A stretch of DNA of 42,145 bases from Eledone cirrhosa. Its lineage: Eukaryota. This document shows positions 25,478 to 35,615 of this stretch, piece after piece. How positions within the stretch are numbered: position 1 is the first letter of the stretch; the number at the start of each line of letters is the position of its first letter. The notes beneath the pieces are model-generated. The model did no database searches. It was not told the DNA's origin and saw nothing but the letters and a program-made list of their open reading frames with translations. The DNA is taken from positions 1-42,145 of the forward strand of contig CAXHJY010000477.1 of assembly GCA_964016885.1 (NCBI GenBank), read 5' to 3'. A program made the translations under genes and the position numbers.

Positions 25478-28400
25478 CTGTTTCGACACACGATTTCATA
25501 TAAAAAACCTCGCAAAACTAATTCATCGCCGCTATGGCATTAGCTTGTGCCAAGCTGAAAGGTTATTGAAAGACACTGTTTTCTGTTATATAAAAACTAC
25601 AATAACAACAGAACAAATCCGCTTCTTAAAACACTGTGTTTCCTCCAAAACATACACAACAAACATATCAAAACAAGTAAATAATTTATTATTGAACAAA
25701 ACACAAGCTGAACGGCTAAAACACACAATAACAGTTAATATGAAAAGAACAACATACACAAAAGTCAACGCACTCTACAGACAAAAACGCATCAACGGTA
25801 AGGAAATCCGAAATCTCATCACAGCAAACGAGAGAGATGACTTCATGAGCGTCATCCGACGCGAAACGAAATATGCTCAAAACGAATGCTGTAGGCATTT
25901 CAAGAAGAAATTAGAATGGATGAATAAGAAAAAACTACAAGAAAGGAAAATCGAATATTCTCAAAAATACCCAGATAACATCGACAACATCCGTATGAGT
26001 GATGTAAGACTACCGGAAGAATTTACCAATGACCACACAGTAAATATCTATGGGAACACTTTAATCAGTGAACAAGAACAACAAATCCTAAAGTTACCAC
26101 CAAAATTTGCCATCTACAAAAAGATTAATCCTATGGAATGCAAAACGGAGCTGGAAAAGTGTTTCACAAAAATACGTTGGAATGCAAAGGTAAACAACAA
26201 CAACAATAATAACGGTAGTAGTAATATAAACAATAACTCTGGGTATAGAAATAACAGCCATAACCATAACAATGGCAGGAAAGTGAGAAATAGTGATAAT
26301 GGTAATAATACTAGCGATAGACAGAACAACAACAACCACAATAATAATAATAATAGAAACGTTAACCACAGACACAGCAACAGTGACCACAGTAGTAATA
26401 ACGGTAACAATACGAACAACAACAACAACAATAACCACAGTGGTAATAATGGAAATAGTACATGTAGCAACATCAACAAAAACAAGAAACATAATAATAG
26501 TAACAACCACAATGGTAGAAATAGCAGTAACAACAACAACAATAACGGTGAAGTAAACAACAATACATCTAGCAATCATAACAATAATAATATTAATGCT
26601 AAGGATAGAAACAACAACAACCACCATGATAACAATAATAGCAACACACACAACTATGACGATAGAAATAACGACAACCCCTTAGAGAAACTATTTTTCA
26701 ACCCAGCTGACAAAACATATAAGATGGGTAATATCTATCCTACGAGGTTACCCTTTAATAAAAGAGTTTGCATACCACAACAAATAGATGACGAGACGGA
26801 GGCACAGTTCACCATAGCTAGAAATAAGATTAGACAAGTAGTAGACAGGTACACTATGAGACAGAGCAGACCAGAGGCCCAACAACTTGGGATAAAACCT
26901 GTAGAAGGCTTGGTTAGCCTCAAGCAGCGCACAAGGGATGGTGAGGTAGTGTGTCTACCCACAGATAAGTCTGGTAGGATGTCAATAGATAGCATGCCGA
27001 ACTACATCGAGGCAATGCAACCCCACATCACCAACACGAGCGAAGTTGCACAACTAACACACGATGGGAGAGAAAAAATCCTCAACGCTCACATGATGAT
27101 GTGGACTGACATCCTAAAGCCAAGCAGACGCACTGCCAACAACTTCCAGGCGTCTAACAATGGCATACCACCCTTGTATGGGCTCCGCAAAGACCACAAG
27201 ACTGTCGACGACCCGACAATAGGACCACCAACAAGACCTGTATGCGGAGCTAATATAGCTAGCAACTACAGGATCTCCTACTTCCTCTCAATGGTTATAC
27301 GCCCCATAATCAAGATGTCCCCAGATGTATGTGAAAGTACAGAGGACCTCCTCAGCAGAATCAGTGAGTGCAACAAAAACAGGAGCCTATCCAACTGCAT
27401 AATAGGCAGCATGGATGTGGTGTCACTGTACCCATCCATTAACATTGATTTTGCTGTGAAAAGATGTGTGGAGATGATCATTGAGAGTGAGGTGGAGTTC
27501 TGCGACGTCGACACAGACGAACTGGGCCTCCTACTTAGACTTACCTACGACACTGACTACCTAGACAGCCATGACCTTAGATGTTTCTGCCCTAGTAGAC
27601 CTATAAGAGGTAGACCCCCCACCATAACCTCAATGGCTAAAAAGACTCCCATAGGAAGGTGGATTGGGTGGACCAAAGCTATACGGACCCCCCAAAACAC
27701 TGATCAGGTAAGAAAAATGGTCGCACATGCAATAGGGGCTAGTATCAAAACTACCCTAAAGGGCCACATATTTAAGTTCAATGAGAAAATCTACACCCAA
27801 AATGAGGGAGCAGCCATCGGCGTCAGCATAGCTGGCGATGTTGCCAACCTTTTCATGGTATGGTGGGAAAGGAGACTTAAAGATCTCCTTAATGAAAGCT
27901 CCATAGACCTCATCATGTACTCTCGTTATGTAGACGATATCAATATAGTTATAAGAACACCCCCACTAGAGAGCACTAACAAGTTTGATTTAGAACGTAG
28001 CACGATGGAAAGCATCCAGCAGATAGCTAATTCCATACACCAGAGTATAACTGTAACTATAGACTTCCCTTCCAAACACCCTAACAATAGACTACCTGTA
28101 TTAGACACAGAACTCTGGATCAACACTATAGACGAGAGAGCCCAAATTCTCCACTCACACTATGCTAAACCCATGGCCTCCAAATACCTGATACTCAAAA
28201 ACTCAGCAATGTCCAGTAGTGCTAAGTTTAATATTCTGATCGCAGATTTGGTACGAGTGATGAAGAATGTGTCCAGCATGTGCGACCCAACAGAAATGGA
28301 AGGACACATCCAACACTTCATCAACCGCATGCAGTTCTCTGGCTACAACCAAAGAGACAGAGTCAGAGTATACGAAGGAGCCATGGAAAAGTATAAGACC

Positions 28401-29084
28401 CTCATAGAACTGGACATGAAAGGAATTTGCCCACTATACAGGAGCAAATCATGGAATAGCTTAGATAGGGCTAGACATAAGATAGGGAAGGCCACATCAT
28501 GGTACGACAACCAGAGATATCAGAGTGTCATGTTTGTGGACGCCACCCCTGGAGGGAAATTAGCTAACCAGTGTAGAAAGGCCCTGAGAAAGACCCACTT
28601 AAAAATAAAGGTGGTAGAAAAGCCAGGAACCACCATAAAATCCCTGATCAGCAAAACCTACCCTTTTAAGAAAACCCACTGTACCAATAGGAAATGTATC
28701 ATATGTAAGGTGAACCCCCGGATAAACTGTAAAACTAGAAACGTAGTCTATAGCATAAGATGTACAGAGGGTACTTGCAGAAACACGACAACAACATACA
28801 TAGGTGAGACAGCTCGTAGCATAGGTGAAAGGATAGACCAACACTGGGGGGAACTAAAAGGACGAAAAAACGGGTCAGTACTATATGAACATGCTAGACA
28901 ACATCATGACGGTAACATAGACAACATAGAAATTAGAATAATATCTAAACATAGGAATGACCCAGCAGATAGGCAAATCAGAGAGGCCAGTGAAATAGAA
29001 ATTAGAAGACCAAAGCTAAACAGAAAGAATGAGTGGAACAACAACAACACCCAAACAAACAACACTGACCTAAGAGAAGTATAA
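25452..29084 (+). CDS. PLE polyprotein: Asn-rich N-terminal insert, reverse transcriptase, Cys-rich linker, GIY-YIG endonuclease (1210 aa)
   Basis: TDKSG; LYGLRKDHK; RPVC; SMDVVSLYPSI; GAAIG; YSRYVDD; LPVLDT; [10 protein letters not shown]...C; VVYSIRC....C.....YIGET...IGERIDQH; EHARQHH; RQIREA...PKLN. Confidence 0.95.
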   Translation: MTLPKYNNICFDTRFHIKNLAKLIHRRYGISLCQAERLLKDTVFCYIKTTITTEQIRFLKHCVSSKTYTTNISKQVNNLLLNKTQAERLKHTITVNMKRTTYTKVNALYRQKRINGKEIRNLITANERDDFMSVIRRETKYAQNECCRHFKKKLEWMNKKKLQERKIEYSQKYPDNIDNIRMSDVRLPEEFTNDHTVNIYGNTLISEQEQQILKLPPKFAIYKKINPMECKTELEKCFTKIRWNAKVNNNNNNNGSSNINNNSGYRNNSHNHNNGRKVRNSDNGNNTSDRQNNNNHNNNNNRNVNHRHSNSDHSSNNGNNTNNNNNNNHSGNNGNSTCSNINKNKKHNNSNNHNGRNSSNNNNNNGEVNNNTSSNHNNNNINAKDRNNNNHHDNNNSNTHNYDDRNNDNPLEKLFFNPADKTYKMGNIYPTRLPFNKRVCIPQQIDDETEAQFTIARNKIRQVVDRYTMRQSRPEAQQLGIKPVEGLVSLKQRTRDGEVVCLPTDKSGRMSIDSMPNYIEAMQPHITNTSEVAQLTHDGREKILNAHMMMWTDILKPSRRTANNFQASNNGIPPLYGLRKDHKTVDDPTIGPPTRPVCGANIASNYRISYFLSMVIRPIIKMSPDVCESTEDLLSRISECNKNRSLSNCIIGSMDVVSLYPSINIDFAVKRCVEMIIESEVEFCDVDTDELGLLLRLTYDTDYLDSHDLRCFCPSRPIRGRPPTITSMAKKTPIGRWIGWTKAIRTPQNTDQVRKMVAHAIGASIKTTLKGHIFKFNEKIYTQNEGAAIGVSIAGDVANLFMVWWERRLKDLLNESSIDLIMYSRYVDDINIVIRTPPLESTNKFDLERSTMESIQQIANSIHQSITVTIDFPSKHPNNRLPVLDTELWINTIDERAQILHSHYAKPMASKYLILKNSAMSSSAKFNILIADLVRVMKNVSSMCDPTEMEGHIQHFINRMQFSGYNQRDRVRVYEGAMEKYKTLIELDMKGICPLYRSKSWNSLDRARHKIGKATSWYDNQRYQSVMFVDATPGGKLANQCRKALRKTHLKIKVVEKPGTTIKSLISKTYPFKKTHCTNRKCIICKVNPRINCKTRNVVYSIRCTEGTCRNTTTTYIGETARSIGERIDQHWGELKGRKNGSVLYEHARQHHDGNIDNIEIRIISKHRNDPADRQIREASEIEIRRPKLNRKNEWNNNNTQTNNTDLREV

Positions 29085-29352
29085 ATAAATAAGTAAATTA
29101 AATTAAATAAAATAAGATAAATAAATACATACACAAGCACATAAACACACACTAGTCACCCAGCAGACACAACACTATACACACTAGTCACACATCACAC
29201 ATAACACTATACACACACGCAAACGCATGCGCAAAGAAGGCAAAATAAAATAAGATAAACAAACAAGCAAATAAATAAATAAATATATAGACAGACTGAA
29301 CAAAAAAAAAATGGCGTAGACATACAACACAACAGGAGGAACAATGAATATA

Positions 29353-29395
29353 ACACCACTGACGATGTTGCAGATGTGCAACGAAAGATTTATGT
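29353..29395 (+). ncRNA. Hammerhead-like motif in the 3' pLTR
   Basis: Identical to 25223-25265. Confidence 0.6.
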
Positions 29396-29599
29396 AAACT
29401 ATATATATATGTGTTTGTCTATATTGTATCTGTATTATTTTTGACCGCCGGTCAGTCAATGGCAACATTGAGGACCGAGTAAGTTAGATCGCAGATATAT
29501 ATATATAAAAGACAGCGAGAAGCGAAAACCAACCAAACAGTGAGTGTGTTCTGTTATTAATTCTGGCAATATTACGCAAATATGACCCTCCCCAAATAT

Positions 29600-29677
<78 letters not shown>

Positions 29678-29784
29678 ATGTATATATATATATGTGTATG
29701 TGTGTGTGTGTATGTATATATATATATATACTGTTATATATATATATATACACTGTTATATATATATATATATGTGTGTGTATG

Positions 29785-29849
<65 letters not shown>

Positions 29850-29860
29850 GTGTGTGTATG

Positions 29861-29937
<77 letters not shown>

Positions 29938-30022
29938 GTGTGTGTATGTATGTATATATATATATATATAAATGGAAAAAATGTAATTTCATTTCTCATT
30001 CTTAGTACGGCTGATACTTAAA

Positions 30023-30575
30023 TATAAGTATGTATACGTACATACATATATGCATACAGACGTACAGTAGTATGTATATACATACACACATGCACACATA
30101 TATATATGGGTATACCGAACATTTATTATAATGCTCGGTTTGTTTGTAAACAAACAGCCTGAATTATTAGCCGTACAGTGTTCGGCAACCATCGTTGCCA
30201 TTTTGTTCAACACCGACAAAGAAATGATGAACTAGTTTCTAGCTTAATAGCTGTCATCAGCACCGTATACCTTCCTGTCATTTTTTTCATTTATCGTTTT
30301 CGGTACGCCCAGCCGACTAACTCACTGGATATGCAAATTAGGCTGCTCAGCCGTTAATATGCATAAGGAAAGTATATACTTTCAAACATTCAGTCAACTG
30401 ACAGGACGGTATACGGTGCTGATGACAGCTAATAAGCTAGAAACTAGTTCATCGTTCCTTTGTCAGTGTTGAACAAAATGGCAACGAAGGTTCCCGAACA
30501 CTGTAGCGCTAATAATTCGGGCTGTTTGTTTACAAGCAAACCGAGCATTATAATAAATGTTCGGTAAACACATAC

Positions 30576-30648
<73 letters not shown>

Positions 30649-30741
30649 CATGTATGTATATATATGTGTGTGCATGTATGTATATATATACATACTACTG
30701 TACGTCTGTATACATATATTTATGTACGTATACATACTTAT
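30023..30741. mobile_element. Fold-back element with two outward-facing HHRs, related to the 467-bp unit
   Basis: Arms 30023-30280 and 30399-30741; ACGGUG-CUGAUGA-cAGCU aaua AGCUa-GAAA-CUAG-UU^CAUCGU at 30413-30455 (+) and 30224-30266 (-); ATGCAAATTAGGCTGC at 30331. Confidence 0.75.
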
Positions 30742-30759
30742 ATATATCATCTTACAGAC

Positions 30760-32204
30760 CCACACTCCCCCGGCCTGAACTCCCCACCCTTATTCCTTTA
30801 GCGTTCGACCGCCCCCCTCCCCCCACACTTATTCCCCACTAACACCACTAACACACCCTTCCTTTTCACCGCCCCCCCCCACACTAACAATACTAACACC
30901 TCCACTACACCCCTCATCTGACCACCCTTCCCCAACTAACATACTAACATCCCTTCCCTCCCCTCTTCTCCTCCTCCCCCTCCTTATCACACGCACACAC
31001 GCACCCACTTACACCACCCACCCCACACGCAACTAACATCACTAACACCCCCCAACCCCACGCACACGTACCCACACACCCTCGTACACCACCAACTCTA
31101 CACACCCTACCACCACTAACCCCCACTCACACCTGCATTCCACCCCTCCCCACCTCCCGTATACTAACACCCACTAACACCTCTTCACCAAACTATACAC
31201 ACACCAGTACACCACACTCCCTCCATAGAACCACACACACCCTTCTCTCCCCGCTCCACCCCTACTAATACACACACACACACACCCTCCTCACTCCAAC
31301 TCTCACACCTACCCATCCTCGCCTCCCTATCATTCCACCGACTGCTGCTATGCCCTTCTGACCACCTCCCAGCACCAATTGACCACAGCACTCCCACTGC
31401 TGACCACTTCCTGTTGCGCGCGCACCCCACATCTCTCCTCTTCCGACCACCGCTTCTTGGATTACCCACACGCAGAAATTGACTTATAACCAAATCTCCA
31501 AACATCCTTGGAACTTATCAACTTTTCAACCATCCTCTTACGTCATCACCTATATAACACACCCACACATACACCCCCAACATTTTTTTTCTCCACACGC
31601 CACCCACACCCACAACACTCTTAAACCCCACACACACGTGCTTTTCACCACATATTTACACCCTCAGCCTCCTGATTCCTCTCCCCCCTATCCCCACACG
31701 CACAGACACTCCGACCCACAAAAACACCCCCACACACACCTCTTCCTGAACATGCAACCCCGTTCTTCCCCCAACCCTCACTTTCACATACACACACACA
31801 CACACACACGCACACCTACACACACACACCACCTTCAGCCCTCCCCGCTCGGACACTCGTCTCCCTCTCCCCACTCCACCCGCCACCACCCCTACTCACC
31901 CCACACCCTTCCACCACCTGTTTACCCCCCTTTTAATTTCAGTTTATTTTGATTATGCTTTATTTTTATTTTTAATATTTTTTTGTCTTTATTTGTTAAT
32001 TTTTCATTCGCACCGTTTCCTTTCGCTATATGTCTCTCCACCACTCCCCTACACACCTTTTGAACTCTGTTCCCACACACTTCTCACCTGAGGAAGGGCT
32101 TATGCCCGAAACGTCGTCCCCCACCTACTCCCCACTCTCCTGAGCGTGAATTTAATAAACATTTATTGTACTGCCTCTCTGTTCTGTCCCTGTTCAAATT
32201 TTTC

Positions 32205-32205
<1 letters not shown>
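30760..32205 (+). mobile_element. C/A-rich probable PLE-derived 3' region ending in an HHR and AATAAA
   Basis: Strong C-rich strand skew; HHR at 32086-32117; AATAAA near 32154; (TA)n follows. Confidence 0.5.
32086..32117 (+). ncRNA. Minimal hammerhead ribozyme (PLE type)
   Basis: AC-CUGAGGA-a-GGGC uuau GCCC-GAAAC-GUC^GU; ACGU palindromic stem III; short stem I. Confidence 0.7.
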
Positions 32206-32254
<49 letters not shown>

Positions 32255-32527
32255 CCGAGAAAATATGTGTCATCAAACGATGTACACACATGGATATTTT
32301 TTCAAATTCCAATTGAGTTCTACCACGTGGCCTGAATTCCTTTTAGAATTCATTGTCCTGCGCATGTATCGTTTTTTTGGCTGTAATTTTCTTCCTCGTT
32401 TTAGAATCAGTTTGAGAATTTCTTTAGAACTGGTAGAATAGCAACCTGGCAGTTACCTCAAGCACTGATGGTGATTATCGCTAAATACTGATGTTGATTT
32501 GATAATCAATATTTGTATTATTGGGCA

Positions 32528-32653
32528 CCCACTGAAGAATTATAAGAGCCCACTTGTATAAGTATCTGTTGATCTTATACAAGCTTCTACATAAATTGGT
32601 ATAATTTCACCCAAATTGTAGGAATCTTATAATGAAACGGACGTCCGTCTGGG
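32528..32653 (+). ncRNA. Type I hammerhead ribozyme with large branched stem II insertion
   Basis: CCCA-CUGAAGA-AUUAUAAGA [~77 nt, two hairpins] UCUUAUAAU-GAAA-CGGACGUCCG-UC^UGGG. Confidence 0.8.
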
Positions 32654-32823
32654 AAGAGATATATTTGATATATCTCATATGAAATGATACAGTCAATTTT
32701 CCACACAATACAATTAGTTAGCACCCCGAACGTTTAATTAGGAATATACTCACTTATTTCCTAATGTTTGTTGAGTGAGTTGGAATTTGGCCGGAGTATC
32801 GCTATTAGCTTTCTCCGATAATG

Positions 32824-32864
<41 letters not shown>

Positions 32865-32867
<3 letters not shown>

Positions 32868-33058
32868 AACGAGTAGGACCCCGACGGCTGAGCTCAAGCC
32901 GTTTCGACGGCTAATTCTGCGTCCAGAATTAGCCGTCGAAACGGCTTGAGCTCAGCCGTCGGGGTCCTACTCGTTCCTATTACCCACTCTACAACCCTAA
33001 GTATTGAGTACTTTGGTGCGTTATGGTCCACCTGGTTCCTTACCACATTTCTTCCGTT
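32865..33058 (+). mobile_element. Short dispersed structured element, copy 2, with 57-bp perfect inverted repeat
   Basis: Arms 32863-32919 and 32924-32980; (TA)n on both sides. Confidence 0.75.
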
Positions 33059-33078
33059 ATATATATATATATATACTG

Positions 33079-33128
<50 letters not shown>

Positions 33129-33155
33129 CAGTATATATAAATATATACGTACATA

Positions 33156-33193
<38 letters not shown>

Positions 33194-33304
33194 CATACAT
33201 ACATGCACATATATATATATATATATATATATTCATACATACACACACACACACACACTCACATACACAGACACACACTCACATACACACACACACACTC
33301 ACAT

Positions 33305-33341
<37 letters not shown>

Positions 33342-33549
33342 AACCATTATGACCCGCTTTGTTATTGTTAAAACGGGTTACTGGAGCGAAAGAGTGCAGT
33401 ACAACCAGTACATTTATATAGACTTTTTCTTTGTATTTTTTTTGCAGTTAATCGTCACATATTTTCATTTCACACACACACACACACACACACACGCGCG
33501 CACACACACACGCGCGCGCGCGCACACACGCGCACACACACACACACGC

Positions 33550-33580
<31 letters not shown>

Positions 33581-33681
33581 AACACGCACACGCACACACA
33601 CACACACACGCGCGCGCACACACACGCACACACGCACACACACACGCACGCACACGCACACACGCACACGCACACACACAC

Positions 33682-33717
<36 letters not shown>

Positions 33718-33864
33718 GAATTCAGGCCTTTTACCCTTTTTTTCTGCTTGTAGATGTTCTTTGCCCGATTCTTTAGTGATTGTTTATTGCTATAGTTATC
33801 TGCGTTGGGATGATAGCATTTCAAATATACATATATAGATATATGCTTATAAAAAAAAAAGACG

Positions 33865-34367
33865 CAATATTTAGACAAATGACAGAGGCAATAAACATAA
33901 ATGAGTTACAACCAAAATTAAATAGAAAATATGAGTGGAATAGCAACATCACAACTTACAATTAAGGACAAATTGAAAACACACACGCACATAGAACAAA
34001 CAACCAACCAGTAACATGTAAATAAACAAATAAATAAACGAATATAAACACACACACACCCGGATGTAACACATGCGCAGACTAAGCAAACAACACACAC
34101 ACAAAAACAAGATGGCGTAGGACAGAACAAAGGAGAGGCACAAAAAACAAAGAAAAGAATCCCAGTCACTGAAGAGGTCACAGAATGTGTGACGAAAGAA
34201 CTTTGACAAGATATAAACAACCATCTGGTTGCGGAACCCAACCAACCAACCGGAAATTTATAAATTCCTAAATTTATGAATTTATTATAATAAATTGAAG
34301 TGAAAGCAACTGGTGCGTGTGTTTCTTATTGGCAACATGACCCACCCAAAGTATAACGATATATGCT
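33865..34367 (+). mobile_element. Solo pLTR of a diverged sister family of the intact PLE
   Basis: [23 protein letters not shown] (compare [23 protein letters not shown]); similar UTR; HHR; ends with [10 protein letters not shown] (compare [10 protein letters not shown]) then TA-rich sequence. Confidence 0.85.
34165..34207 (+). ncRNA. Minimal hammerhead ribozyme
   Basis: GUCA-CUGAAGA-g-GUCACA gaaug UGUGAC-GAAA-GAAC-UU^UGAC. Confidence 0.8.
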
Positions 34368-34415
34368 TATTAATATATATGTATGTATGTGCATATATAT
34401 ATAAGTGTGCGTTTG

Positions 34416-34474
<59 letters not shown>

Positions 34475-34492
34475 ATGTGTGTTTGTATGTGC

Positions 34493-34548
<56 letters not shown>

Positions 34549-34565
34549 GCACATACAAACACACA

Positions 34566-34975
34566 CAAAGGGCAAAGGAGTTCTTAAGAGTCAATGGCCA
34601 TCCAAAATCACCGGGAGAGATGACCCCTTAGCCTTTGTCAAGGCAGAATTCTAGGAGAAGGAAAACTCTGATATAACACCTGCAACCCTGATGGTATCCA
34701 ATGATGTTGACTTGTTCTTCTTTTTGGTAAATATCATCTTGGTTAAGAGAGTGCGACTGGCTTTGTGCAGTGCTTTTGCTCACTATAAAAGCTTCACGGC
34801 ACAGGCATTGCTTTATATCTGGAGATCTCTCTGCACTTGTCGTCTCATGGTACCATGGGCCCAGCACTATGTGTCAATAACTGTCACAAGTGTAGTGTTT
34901 GTACCAGAGTTTTCAAGTCGCTGGCTGGACTAAAAATTCACACTCGTTCAGCGCATCGGTAGGGGTTGGCAGCCA
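34566..34975 (+). mobile_element. Non-autonomous RTE-like short element, 5'-truncated copy
   Basis: Near-identical to 40175-40570; ends in a degenerate C2H2 coding remnant. Confidence 0.6.
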
Positions 34976-35039
<64 letters not shown>

Positions 35040-35305
35040 CGGCGATGAATTAGTTTTGCGAGGTTTTTTATATGAAATCGTGTGTCGAAACAGATATTGT
35101 TATATTTGGGGAGGGTCATATTTGCGTAATATTGCCAGAATTAATAACAGAACACACTCACTGTTTGGTTGGTTTTCGCTTCTCGCTGTCTTTTATATAT
35201 ATATATCTGCGATCTAACTTACTCGGTCCTCAATGTTGCCATTGACTGACCGGCGGTCAAAAATAATACAGATACAATATAGACAAACACATATATATAT
35301 AGTTT

Positions 35306-35348
35306 ACATAAATCTTTCGTTGCACATCTGCAACATCGTCAGTGGTGT
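35306..35348 (-). ncRNA. Hammerhead-like motif in the pLTR of copy 2
   Basis: Reverse complement of 25223-25265. Confidence 0.6.
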
Positions 35349-35615
35349 TATATTCATTGTTCCTCCTGTTGTGTTGTATGTCTACGCCATTTTTTTTTGT
35401 TCAGTCTGTCTATATATTTATTTAATTATTTGCTTGTTTGTTTATCTTATTTTATTTTGTCTTCTTTGCGCATGCGTTTGCGTGTGTGTATAGTGTTATG
35501 TGTGATGTGTGACTAGTGTGTATAGTGTTGTGTCTGCTGGGTGACTAGTGTGTGTTTATGTGCTTGTGTATGTATTTATTTATCTTATTTTATTTAATTT
35601 AATTTACTTATTTAT

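Larger units (their letters stand above)
24166..29607 (+). mobile_element. Full-length Penelope-like element (possibly Nematis-like) in partial-tandem pLTR arrangement, inserted in (TA)n
   Basis: 24166-25477 repeats 28296-29607 (offset 4130); TA tracts on both sides; intact ORF. Confidence 0.92.

Noticed and set aside
26094-26651. Hydrophobic antisense ORFs over the Asn-rich region
   Set aside because: By-product of the complement of AAC/AAT repeats
25452-29084. Naiad-type or selenoprotein PLE
   Set aside because: The endonuclease is C-terminal and the ORF has no in-frame UGA
24166-29607. LTR retrotransposon
   Set aside because: The direct repeats include coding sequence, lack TG..CA ends, and there is no gag, protease or integrase; they are PLE pseudo-LTRs
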